Assembly (NCBI GenBank): GCA_963825055.1
Contig: CAWGSK010000011.1
Location: forward strand, 121,479-185,478
Direction of reading: 5' to 3'
Source: an uncultured Gemmatimonadales bacterium
GTDB taxonomy: Bacteria; Gemmatimonadota; Gemmatimonadetes; Gemmatimonadales; GWC2-71-9
Length of the DNA: 64,000 bases
Made by a program: the position numbers and the translations under genes. Shown here piece after piece: positions 19,620 through 27,837 of the stretch (positions are counted from its first letter, which is position 1; the number at the start of each line of letters is the position of its first letter). The notes below the pieces were generated by a model that was not told the origin of the DNA, searched no databases, and worked only from the letters and a program-made list of their open reading frames with translations.

Positions 19620-20716
19620 GGGAGGGCCGGCACGGCGTCCTGGGCCATGGAGGCTCCACAGGAACCGCAGAAGGCGAACCCCGTGGGAATCCCCTGCGCG
19701 CCGCACGCGGTGCAGTCGGCCTCGTAGGGACCCCAGACGAATTCGCTCGATCCGCCCGCCGCCGCGCGTTCGCGCAACTCGAGGTAGCGGGCCGGGCGCT
19801 TCTCGACGAACGCCCGCATCCCCTCCCAGGGCTCGAACGTGGTGTAATGGGTGGAGAGCCAGTCGCGCGCATGGCCGATGGTCTGGTGCCAGGCGAGTTC
19901 CTTCCAGAAGTTCACCTGCTGCTTGGTGTAGCGCTGGCACTCGGGGAACTGCTGCAGCAGCTGGCGTACCAGGTCTGCCACGGCCTCGTCCAGCTTCGCG
20001 AGGCTGATGCCGTACCCGTCCGTGCCCTTCTCCGCCTTCCTGATCTCCTCCGGCGTGGCGCCGGTGATGAACTCCCCGTTCCGTGTCACTGACGGCGCCA
20101 CCCGGTTGACCAGCCCCCACTCCAGCGCCTGCGGGGCGCTCACCCGGTTGTTGAGCAGCAGCATCTCACGGGCACGGCGGTCGCCGATATGAATCGGGAG
20201 CCACTGGGTCGCCCCCCCGGCAGCGACGCTGCCGACCCGGGTTCCCACCTGGCTGATCCAGGCATGCTCTGCGATGACGGCAAGGTCGCACGCGAGCTGC
20301 GACTCGTTGCCCCCACCCACCGCCATGCCGTTGATCCGCGCGATCACGGGCTTGCCGGCGTTGACGAGCGACTCGATCCAGGCGCGGAAGAGGCCCATGT
20401 ACTTCCAGTAATCGCGCGGCCGGGCGGTGTAGGCCTCTTCGTATTCCTTTACGTCGCCGCCGGTGCAGAAGGCCCGGTGCCCGCTGCCCGTCACCACGAT
20501 GACGCCGACGGTATCATCGAACGCGGCGTCCTGGACCGCCGTGGCGAGCTCGCGCAGGGCGCGCGTGCTGTAGGCGTTGTAGTTGTGCGGACGGTTGATA
20601 GTCACGGTCGCGACCCAGTCCGCCTTCCGGTACTCGATCTCGGCAAAGCCGAAGGAGGCAGGGTCGCGGGATTCGAACTCACGCATGGGCGGATCCTCCG
20701 GGGCGGGACGGACCAT
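19616..20716 (-). CDS. oah: Crotonase-family ring hydrolase, probable 6-oxocyclohex-1-ene-1-carbonyl-CoA hydrolase, with C-terminal zinc ribbon
   Basis: NYNAYST, AFCTGGDVKEY, KPVIARINGMAVGGG, GSVAAGGAT, LDEAV, FPEC. Tail CTAC-x11-CGSC. Confidence 0.83.
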   Translation of the reverse strand: MVRPAPEDPPMREFESRDPASFGFAEIEYRKADWVATVTINRPHNYNAYSTRALRELATAVQDAAFDDTVGVIVVTGSGHRAFCTGGDVKEYEEAYTARPRDYWKYMGLFRAWIESLVNAGKPVIARINGMAVGGGNESQLACDLAVIAEHAWISQVGTRVGSVAAGGATQWLPIHIGDRRAREMLLLNNRVSAPQALEWGLVNRVAPSVTRNGEFITGATPEEIRKAEKGTDGYGISLAKLDEAVADLVRQLLQQFPECQRYTKQQVNFWKELAWHQTIGHARDWLSTHYTTFEPWEGMRAFVEKRPARYLELRERAAAGGSSEFVWGPYEADCTACGAQGIPTGFAFCGSCGASMAQDAVPALP

Positions 20717-21609
20717 CAGGCCGCGTCCAGGGCGGCGTCCCCCTCGCGGCAGACCTCCGCGACGTACCGCTCCGCCGGTTCGGCAAGCACGTCGTGGTAG
20801 GTCTCGAAGAGCTTCGCGGCAGCCTCGCCGTTCCACCCATCGGGCAGCAGGGGACGGGGAAGGAATGGATCATCCATCGGGAAGGCGCGATACTCGTGCA
20901 CCAGCAGGAAGCGACGCCGGAAGCAATCGGCCGGCGCGGTACACGGGCTGTGGATACCGGCGCGCGCGCCGGAGAGTCCGCACTGCCGGCAGTGCTCCAG
21001 GGCCGCGCGCCAGTGGTCCAGGAATGCGGCGTAGCGCCGGTTCAGCGCCGCCAGGTCCCAGCACTGCCTCACCAGGGCCGCCGCGTCGGCAAAGCCCTCG
21101 TGCGAGCCGCGGAACAGCTCGAGATGTTTCTCGACCTTGAGGTCGGTGGCGATAGCGCGAACCTCGGCCCGGACATCATGGGGCGAGATCCATACGCCGT
21201 TCGAGAGGGAACCGAAGCCGAGCCAGGCGAGGCGCGTACGGAGGGAGTCGCGGCGGCGGCGGCGCGATTCGGGGATCGAGAACGTCACGACCGACCACTG
21301 CCCGTCCCAGGCCTCGTGGGCCGAAGGGTGGTAGATCCGCTCCCGGCCCGACTCGAGGAGTGCCCGGCCCTTGCGGGTAAGTCCGTAGGCGCTCCGGGTT
21401 CCGTACCGCTCGACCGTGAGCCAGCCCTTCCGCGCCATGCGCGACAGGACCGTACGCGTTGCCGTGTCAGACAGGCCGAGGCCACCCAGCAGCGTGATGA
21501 GCGCGCCGGTCGAGACCGGCTCATCCCGCCCGAGGAGATAGTCCCCGTAGAGGGTGAACACCAGGTCCTGCGAACGCGGGCTCGACGGGGCGACGGCTGA
21601 TTGTTTCAT
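20716..21609 (-). CDS. paaX: PaaX-family transcriptional regulator
   Basis: LVFTLYGDY, RTVLSRM..KGWL, YGLT, WDGQW, LAWLGFG..NGVWISP, CWDL, LVHEYR, DPFLP..LLP.GW.G. Confidence 0.88.
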   Translation of the reverse strand: MKQSAVAPSSPRSQDLVFTLYGDYLLGRDEPVSTGALITLLGGLGLSDTATRTVLSRMARKGWLTVERYGTRSAYGLTRKGRALLESGRERIYHPSAHEAWDGQWSVVTFSIPESRRRRRDSLRTRLAWLGFGSLSNGVWISPHDVRAEVRAIATDLKVEKHLELFRGSHEGFADAAALVRQCWDLAALNRRYAAFLDHWRAALEHCRQCGLSGARAGIHSPCTAPADCFRRRFLLVHEYRAFPMDDPFLPRPLLPDGWNGEAAAKLFETYHDVLAEPAERYVAEVCREGDAALDAA

Positions 21610-21629
21610 TTTGTGGACGCTCGTCCAGG

Positions 21630-21686
21630 GACAGCTATATAGCACTATTGCTACGACCGAGAATATAGTGACATATTAGCTCTGTC
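21630..21686. promoter_or_regulatory. AT-rich imperfect inverted repeat in the divergent paaX/maoC intergenic region (candidate operator/promoter)
   Basis: GACAG..AGCTA..CACTAT (21630-21648) mirrored by ATAGTG..TAGCT..CTGTC (21665-21686). Confidence 0.55.
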
Positions 21687-21739
21687 AAGAGCGGCCGGCC
21701 CGGGCGCCGTGCCAGCGGTACCGTCATGGAGGGAGTGTC

Positions 21740-22192
21740 ATGTCGCTGTATTTCGAGGACTTCACCGTCGGTCGTGAGTTCACGTCTCCCCCGGTCCAAG
21801 TGACCGACGAGGATATCCGTCGCTTCGCTGACCTGTCCGGCGACCACAATTCGCTCCACCTGGACCCTGAGGCCGCACGCGCCGCGGGCTTTCCCGGCAC
21901 GGTGGCCCATGGCGTGCTCGGCATCGCCCTGGCCACGGGCCTGGCCAGCCGGATGGAGTTGACGCGGCGGTCCCTGGTGGCCCTGGTCGGGATCACGTGG
22001 CGGTTTCGCATGCCGGTATTTCCCGGGGACCGGCTCACGCTTCACCTCCGGGTGGCTGCCCGCCGTCCCACCAGCCGAGCCGGCACGGGAGTGGTCACCC
22101 TCGCCGCCGAGTTGCGCAACCAGCGGGGCGAGGTGGCGCAGGAGGGGGAATTCCGGGAACTGCTCCGGGAGCGCACAACCCGCACTTCGTGA
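21740..22192 (+). CDS. MaoC-family (hotdog) dehydratase
   Basis: LYFEDF.VG, FADLSGDHNSLH, VAHG, RF..PVFPGD. GGAGGG RBS. Confidence 0.9.
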   Translation: MSLYFEDFTVGREFTSPPVQVTDEDIRRFADLSGDHNSLHLDPEAARAAGFPGTVAHGVLGIALATGLASRMELTRRSLVALVGITWRFRMPVFPGDRLTLHLRVAARRPTSRAGTGVVTLAAELRNQRGEVAQEGEFRELLRERTTRTS

Positions 22193-22270
22193 AGCCGCCC
22201 CGCGTCCCACCCGCAGTGGCGTTCCCCGGACACCGCGCTTCAGCCACGATGCCCGGGGGAGCAGGTCACC

Positions 22271-22654
22271 TCAGTCCAGCAGTTCCCGGGGCACATTGCC
22301 GCCGTTGGAGGCAATCCTGGCGAGCACCATCTTGTGCAGCCACATGTTCATCGTGGCCGAATCCTTCATCAACTCCGGCGGACAGCCCATTTCCTTCGCC
22401 AGCTCCTGCCGCGCCTCGTAGCTGCTGTCCATGTCGAGCAGCTTGAGCAGGTCCACGATGGAGGTCCGCCAGTTCAGTTTCTGGGGCGTGTGCGCCGCCC
22501 GCTCCTCCAACTGCGAGACGACATCCACCAGCGGCACCGTCCGGGGGCGCGACGGTTCTGCCGGGGCCGTTGCCGTCGTCCCCGCGGGAGGGGCGACGGC
22601 ATCGTCCTTCTTCTCCAGGCCCAGCTTGCCGAGAATCTTGTCGAATAGTCCCAT
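22271..22654 (-). CDS. DUF3597-domain protein
   Basis: MGLFDKILG, LNWRTSIVDLLKLL.MDSS...R.ELA, SATMNMWLHK, NGGNVP. Confidence 0.85.
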   Translation of the reverse strand: MGLFDKILGKLGLEKKDDAVAPPAGTTATAPAEPSRPRTVPLVDVVSQLEERAAHTPQKLNWRTSIVDLLKLLDMDSSYEARQELAKEMGCPPELMKDSATMNMWLHKMVLARIASNGGNVPRELLD

Positions 22655-22822
22655 GGAACTCTCCCAGGTGTCGTTGCGAATGGCCCGCCGGCCCGCACGG
22701 CCGGCCAACCCTTTCCAGCGAACGATACCGGCCGCGGCCCCGGATCACCGTGACCTGGATTCCCTCCTCCGGGCGGGGGCCTCGTTTGCTCGACACGTGA
22801 TGCCCGGCGATCTTTCCCGGTC

Positions 22823-23521
22823 ATGACACAGCGACGCTACAGCCAAGAAGAAGTCGCCGCGATCTTCGAGCGGGCGGCCGAGGCGCAGCACACCACCCGG
22901 CGGGCCCTTCCACCTGGCGAGGGCATGACGCTGGCGGACCTGCAGGAGATCGGCAGCGAGGTCGGCATTCCGGCGGAACTGGTGGCGGAGGCGGCCCGAC
23001 GCCTCGACCACCCAATGCAGCCCGAGTCGCGCCGGTTTCTGGGCCTGCCCGTCGGGGTCGGGCGGACGGTCGAACTCGACCGCAGGCTCACGGAAGGGGA
23101 ATGGGAGCAGCTTGTCGTGGACTTGCGCGAGACGTTCGATGCGAAGGGGCGGGTGAGTTCCGAGGGCTCGTTCCGGCAGTGGACGAACGGCAACCTGCAG
23201 GTGCTGGTCGAACCGACGGGCACCGGCCATCGTGTCCGGATGCGCACGCTTCACGGCAACGCACGCGGCATGATGATGGGAGGCATAACGATGGCAGGGC
23301 TGGCAGCTGTGCTGTCGGGCGTCACCGTCCTGACCGGCACCCCGGCCACCGACCCCTCGTCGCTCGCGGTCCTGGCCAGCCTCGGGGCCGTGCTCCTGGG
23401 GGGCGGTGCGGTGCGGATACCGGGCTGGGCGCGCCGGCGGCGGCGGCAGATGGACGCCATCGCGGCGCGAATTGAACGGCTGGCATTGGCCCCTCCGGCT
23501 GAAACTGACCGCGGCATCTGA
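22823..23521 (+). CDS. Hypothetical membrane protein
   Basis: RRYSQEEVAAIFERAAE, GMTLADLQEIG.EVGI, two C-terminal TM segments. Confidence 0.75.
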   Translation: MTQRRYSQEEVAAIFERAAEAQHTTRRALPPGEGMTLADLQEIGSEVGIPAELVAEAARRLDHPMQPESRRFLGLPVGVGRTVELDRRLTEGEWEQLVVDLRETFDAKGRVSSEGSFRQWTNGNLQVLVEPTGTGHRVRMRTLHGNARGMMMGGITMAGLAAVLSGVTVLTGTPATDPSSLAVLASLGAVLLGGGAVRIPGWARRRRRQMDAIAARIERLALAPPAETDRGI

Positions 23522-23548
23522 GGAGAGTCGCCAACTCCGGGGGTGGAC

Positions 23549-24096
23549 ATGGAACCGATCCTGAACCGCGACCTCCTGCGGACAACGACTGCTTCGGGTG
23601 CGGCCTGGAAAATCCTGCCGGCCTTCGCATCGAGGTGCGGCGCAACCCCGAGGCGGCAGACCGGCTGGTGGCGAGCTTAACCCCCGCGGCGCACATGGTC
23701 GGCTTTGCGGGCATCACGCATGGCGGAATCCTCTACAGCGCGCTCGATTGCCTTTCCACCTGGACCGCAACGCTGCTGGGGCCCAACCGCCACGCCGGCT
23801 GGCTGCTGCGAAGCGCGCGGACGACGTATCACCGCCCGGCTCACATCGGAAAGCCGTTGAGACTGCATGGATGGATTACGGAGTGCGGCGGGGAATGGGG
23901 TCCTGCCATGGTGCACACCGAGGCCCGGTCGGAAGCCGGCGAGTTGTGCGTCGAGGCGGATTTCAAGGTGGTGCCGCCGGCCTCGGAAAAGCTGGCGCGC
24001 GTGGCCGGCCACGAGACGTTACCGGAGAACTGGCGCGACTTCCTCTCCTCCGGCGCCCGACCAACCGTCAGAACCCAGCCACCGATCGAGGGGTGA
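23549..24096 (+). pseudogene. PaaI-family thioesterase with an apparent 1-nt deletion near 23579
   Basis: ATG 23549 gives MEPILNRDLL. The next motif DNDCFGCGLENPAGL (from 23581) and GFAGITHGG are in the frame of ORF 23635-24096, which has no in-frame start upstream of the Cys motif. Confidence 0.65.
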
Positions 24097-24130
24097 AACA
24101 AGAACCCCCGGCGCAGCTGCGTCGGGGGTG
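24095..24130 (-). terminator. Intrinsic terminator for the desaturase gene (between convergent genes)
   Basis: Minus strand CACCCCCGACGCAGCTGCGCCGGGGGTTCTTGTTT: GC-rich stem followed by a U-rich tail. Confidence 0.65.
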
Positions 24131-24187
24131 TCGGGAAGATACTAACCCTCAAGCACTAATCACGACCCACTAAATCACCAGTCACTA
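24131..24187 (+). repeat. ~57-bp direct repeat, copy 1
   Basis: TCGGGAAGATACTAACCCTCAAGCACTAATCACGACCCACTAAATCACCAGTCACTA; 48/57 identical to 28506-28561 by manual alignment. Confidence 0.8.
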
Positions 24188-25312
24188 TCCCCCCGCCGTC
24201 GCCATCTCCGTCTCCATCTCCACATCGTCCGGCATCATGCCCTCGCCGAGCTGCCGCAGTACCCTCAGGTGCGACCGCACGGCACCAAGGAAGGTCTCGT
24301 TCTCGTGATACGGCATCCCGTGCTTGAGGGCCACGGAACGGACGATTTCGGAAATTTCGGGATAATGAACGCTGCAGACCCTGGGGAAGAGATGGTGCTC
24401 GATCTGGTAGTTCAGGCCGCCGACATACCAGGTAAGGAGACGGTTCTTGCGGCCGAAGTTGGCGGTCGTTTCCATCTCGTGCACCATCCACGCCTGTTCC
24501 ATGTTGCCAGCCTCGTCCGGGGTGGGGTGGGCGGTTTGCTCCACCACATGCGCGAGCTGGAAGACGATACCGAGAATCAGGCCCGCCGTCAGGTGCATGG
24601 CGAGCCATCCCACAAGCACCTGCCACCATGCCACGTTCAGGACCAGCATCGGGATCGCCAGCGACCATCCGTAGTAGAGGGCCTTGAACCCGATGAGAAT
24701 GGCGACTTCGCTCCGGGGGTGCCGTTCCGAGTGGTACGGGCCGCCATCCGAGCGCAGGAAATACTTGAAGTCCTTGATCGTCACCCATACCAAGGTCGAG
24801 AGGCTGTAGGCGGCAAGCGCGTACCACTGCTGGTAGCGGTGGATGGGGCGGTACGCTGAGCGGGGAGAGAGGCGCAGGTATGGGGAGACTTCGAGGTCGC
24901 CGTCCACTCCCTGGATGTTCGTGTAGGTGTGGTGGACGATGTTGTGCGTCATCTTCCACATGTAGCCGTTGGCGCCGAGGATGTCGAACGAAAAGCCGAG
25001 CAGGCGGTTGATCCAGGGTTTGCTCGAGTAGGCACCGTGCAGCGCGTCGTGGGCCACCGCGAAGCCGATGCCCGCCATCCCCACGCCCATCACCAGGCAC
25101 AGGCCAAGCATCCCGAGGGGAGAAAAGAGCCCGGACAGAATGAGGGCGTACGCTCCGAAAAACACGGTGAAAAGCGACACGGTCTTGGTGACCATCCGCC
25201 AGTCACCCCTGGTGCGCCCCCCAAGGGCCTCGAAATGAAGCGCGACCTGCTGCTTCATCTCCCTCATGAATTCTGCGGGATTCCGGTTGGGAAATCGGGC
25301 AGTGGTAGCCAT
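24185..25312 (-). CDS. Membrane fatty acid (acyl-CoA/acyl-lipid) desaturase
   Basis: His boxes HDALH, HNIVHH, QIEHH; FQLAH, TTANF. Confidence 0.92.
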   Translation of the reverse strand: MATTARFPNRNPAEFMREMKQQVALHFEALGGRTRGDWRMVTKTVSLFTVFFGAYALILSGLFSPLGMLGLCLVMGVGMAGIGFAVAHDALHGAYSSKPWINRLLGFSFDILGANGYMWKMTHNIVHHTYTNIQGVDGDLEVSPYLRLSPRSAYRPIHRYQQWYALAAYSLSTLVWVTIKDFKYFLRSDGGPYHSERHPRSEVAILIGFKALYYGWSLAIPMLVLNVAWWQVLVGWLAMHLTAGLILGIVFQLAHVVEQTAHPTPDEAGNMEQAWMVHEMETTANFGRKNRLLTWYVGGLNYQIEHHLFPRVCSVHYPEISEIVRSVALKHGMPYHENETFLGAVRSHLRVLRQLGEGMMPDDVEMETEMATAGG

Positions 25313-25777
25313 GTGTTCGGTTCGCCTGTGGGACATGGCCTGAGATGCACAATGCCCGGTGGTAGAGGAGTGCCGGCAGTATACCGACACGCGGTTAAAG
25401 ATAGCATGCAGTACGCCGATTTGAAGGCGTCTCTCGTCGCGGTGCAGTGGTGGCGAGCTTCACACTATGACGACAACCCATTACGCTCTCATGCGTTATG
25501 GCAACAGCCCGTAAAGACAGCTCCACCCGTTTCGATAAATTCGCCGGCTCCTTAAGCGCTGATGGAGCGGTTGCTGGACAAACTGGAGAACCATCCTTCA
25601 GCACACGCAGGGGGACAACCCTCCAGGCTTCGGCCATGCGTTCAACCTCAGTTACGGTCGGCACTTCACCACGGCGGGCCGCGCCTGGCCGTCCCGCGGG
25701 TGGCCTGTGACGAGGCCACTGCCTGCCGGGACCGGGAGGACCGGGGCCTTGTCTGGCCGCCTGGCCGGGGTTGGCCA

Positions 25778-25806
25778 TTGTGCAAAGGGGCTGGGGTTGC
25801 TATCTT
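25778..25806 (+). promoter_or_regulatory. Sigma70-type promoter upstream of csp
   Basis: TTGTGC (25778-25783), 17-nt spacer, TATCTT (25801-25806) with an extended -10 TG. Confidence 0.6.
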
Positions 25807-25857
25807 GATGTCGCGACCGCACCCATCCGGGTGCACAGTTTCCAGCGGACACAGGCG

Positions 25858-25887
25858 GAGGGCTGGCACACGCCGGCCCTCTTTTGT
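25858..25887 (+). terminator. Intrinsic terminator inside the csp leader (candidate attenuator)
   Basis: GAGGGCTGGC-ACAC-GCCGGCCCTC-TTTTGT. Confidence 0.65.
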
Positions 25888-26031
25888 ATTCGGATCGCAA
25901 CCGGCCTCGGACAAATGTTCCGAGCCGTGGAAACGAGGCCCTGTCGTGAGGCCGAGGTCACGACGCACAGTAGTCGGCACGTACGGCATACGACCGCACT
26001 CCGATTACAACACACCAAGGAGCAGGTCAGT

Positions 26032-26244
26032 ATGCGTACCACCGGCACCGTGAAGTGGTTCAACGACGCGAAGGGTTTCGGGTTCATCACGCCCGAGGAC
26101 GGCCAGAAGGACTGTTTCGTCCATCATTCGGCGATCCAGGCCCAGGGCTTCAAGTCCCTCACCGAGGGCGAGCGCGTCGAGTTCGACATCGTCCAGGGCC
26201 AGAAGGGCCCCGCGGCGGAGAACGTCGTTCGTCTGGGCGCCTGA
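26032..26244 (+). CDS. Cold-shock protein (CspA family)
   Basis: [39 protein letters not shown]. Confidence 0.97.
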   Translation: MRTTGTVKWFNDAKGFGFITPEDGQKDCFVHHSAIQAQGFKSLTEGERVEFDIVQGQKGPAAENVVRLGA

Positions 26245-26279
26245 GCGTTCCCGCTCACTCGTCAGTCGCATGACGATGC

Positions 26280-26310
26280 AGGCCGGCTCGCCCATCGGGC
26301 GGGCCGGCCT
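26280..26310. other. GC-rich hairpin between csp and rpsU
   Basis: AGGCCGGCTCGCCC-ATC-GGGCGGGCCGGCCT; no immediate U-tract. Confidence 0.55.
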
Positions 26311-26340
26311 CATCATTTGGACCGTGCATTGGGAGGTAAC

Positions 26341-26538
26341 ATGATCGAAGTCACCCTGTCCGATTCGGACAAGATCGAATATGCCCTGAAGGCGTTCCGG
26401 CGAAAGGTGCAGCGCTCCGGAATCCTCAAGGAGCTGCGGGCCCGCCGGCATTACCTGAAACCGAGCATGGCCCGCAAGCTCAAGCTGGCGGCGGCGCTGC
26501 GCCGCAAGCGGCGCAAGCCGCGGACGCGGGAGCGCTAG
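26341..26538 (+). CDS. rpsU: 30S ribosomal protein bS21
   Basis: IEYALKAFRRKVQRSGILKELRARRHYLKPS, basic tail. GGAGG RBS. Confidence 0.92.
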   Translation: MIEVTLSDSDKIEYALKAFRRKVQRSGILKELRARRHYLKPSMARKLKLAAALRRKRRKPRTRER

Positions 26539-26541
26539 ACC

Positions 26542-27837
26542 TCAGCCCGACCGCCGCCGGCGTGGACGACGCGCCGGGGCGGCGGACTGCCGGGCGGCTG
26601 CCGCGGCGCGGCGCTCCGCGTTCGCCTTCGCCCGCAACCGATCCTCCGCCTTCCGGGCCCGGATCTCCCTGATCCGCTCGCCGAGCGGCACCTCCAGGCT
26701 CGCACCCGCTGACGGCGTGTAGTCGAAGTCCGGTACCGTCACCCTCGCCAGTCGGCTCCCCACCGCGCGCTCGATCGCCCGCAGCAGGCTTTCCTCGTCC
26801 GCCGCCACCAACGTGAACGCCTCCCCCGTTGCCTCAGCCCGGGCCGTCCGCCCCACCCGGTGGATGTAGTCATCCGGTACCTTCGGCACATCGAAATTCA
26901 CCACGTGCCCGAGCGCCTCGACATCGATGCCGCGCGCCGCGATGTCCGTCGCCACGAGTACCCGGAACTCTCCCGCCTTGAATCCGGCCAGGGCCGCCGT
27001 GCGCTGCGCCTGTGACCGGTTGCCGTGAATACGTTCCGCCCTGACCCCCGCGCGCACCAGCGCCTTCGTGAGCCGGTCGGCCCGGTGCTTGGTCCGGGTG
27101 AAGACCAGGGCCTCATTCAGGTCGCCGCGTTCCAGCAGGTGGACGAGGAGGCCGGCCTTCCGCTCCTGCGGCACCGGATAGACGGCCTGGGTGATGCCGG
27201 TGGCCGGCGCAGCCTTGCGCTGCAGCTGGATGCGCGACGGGTTGCGGAGCAGCTCGCGGGTGAGGGCGGCGATCGGCCCGGGCATCGTGGCGCTGAAGAA
27301 CAGCGTCTGACGCTCCGCGGGCAGGTGCCGGATGATGCGTTTCACATCCGGGAGGAAGCCCATGTCGAGCATCCGGTCCGCCTCATCGAGGACGAAATGT
27401 TCCACCATGTCCAGTTTCGCATAATCGTACTGGAGGTGGTCCAGCAGACGACCCGGCGTTGCGATCAGCACGTTGGCCTGCCGACGGAAGGCGGTCTCCT
27501 GCGGGCCCATGCCCACGCCGCCAAAGATGGCGGCCGCAGTGACGGGCGTGTGACGCGTGAGGTCCTTGAGGTCAGCCAGCACCTGGGCCGCGAGTTCGCG
27601 GGTCGGCGTGAGCACCAGCGCGCGAGTGCCCCGACGGGGGCTGGCGAGGAGCTGGTGCAGGATCGGAAGAAGGAACGCGGCCGTCTTGCCGCTGCCGGTC
27701 ATGGCGCAGGCGAGCACGTCGCCGCCCTGCATCGCAGGCGGGATCGCCTCCGACTGGATGGGCGTGGGTCTGGTGTATCCCAGGTCCTCGATGCCGCGAA
27801 GAAGACCGGGGTGAAGTTCAAGACTGCTGAAAGGCAC
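26542..27837 (-). CDS. DEAD-box RNA helicase (RhlE-like)
   Basis: Q motif PTPIQ, TGSGKT, PTRELA, TPGRL, DEAD, SAT, ARGID, HRVGRTAR. GTG start after AGGA. Confidence 0.95.
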   Translation of the reverse strand: MPFSSLELHPGLLRGIEDLGYTRPTPIQSEAIPPAMQGGDVLACAMTGSGKTAAFLLPILHQLLASPRRGTRALVLTPTRELAAQVLADLKDLTRHTPVTAAAIFGGVGMGPQETAFRRQANVLIATPGRLLDHLQYDYAKLDMVEHFVLDEADRMLDMGFLPDVKRIIRHLPAERQTLFFSATMPGPIAALTRELLRNPSRIQLQRKAAPATGITQAVYPVPQERKAGLLVHLLERGDLNEALVFTRTKHRADRLTKALVRAGVRAERIHGNRSQAQRTAALAGFKAGEFRVLVATDIAARGIDVEALGHVVNFDVPKVPDDYIHRVGRTARAEATGEAFTLVAADEESLLRAIERAVGSRLARVTVPDFDYTPSAGASLEVPLGERIREIRARKAEDRLRAKANAERRAAAAARQSAAPARRPRRRRSG

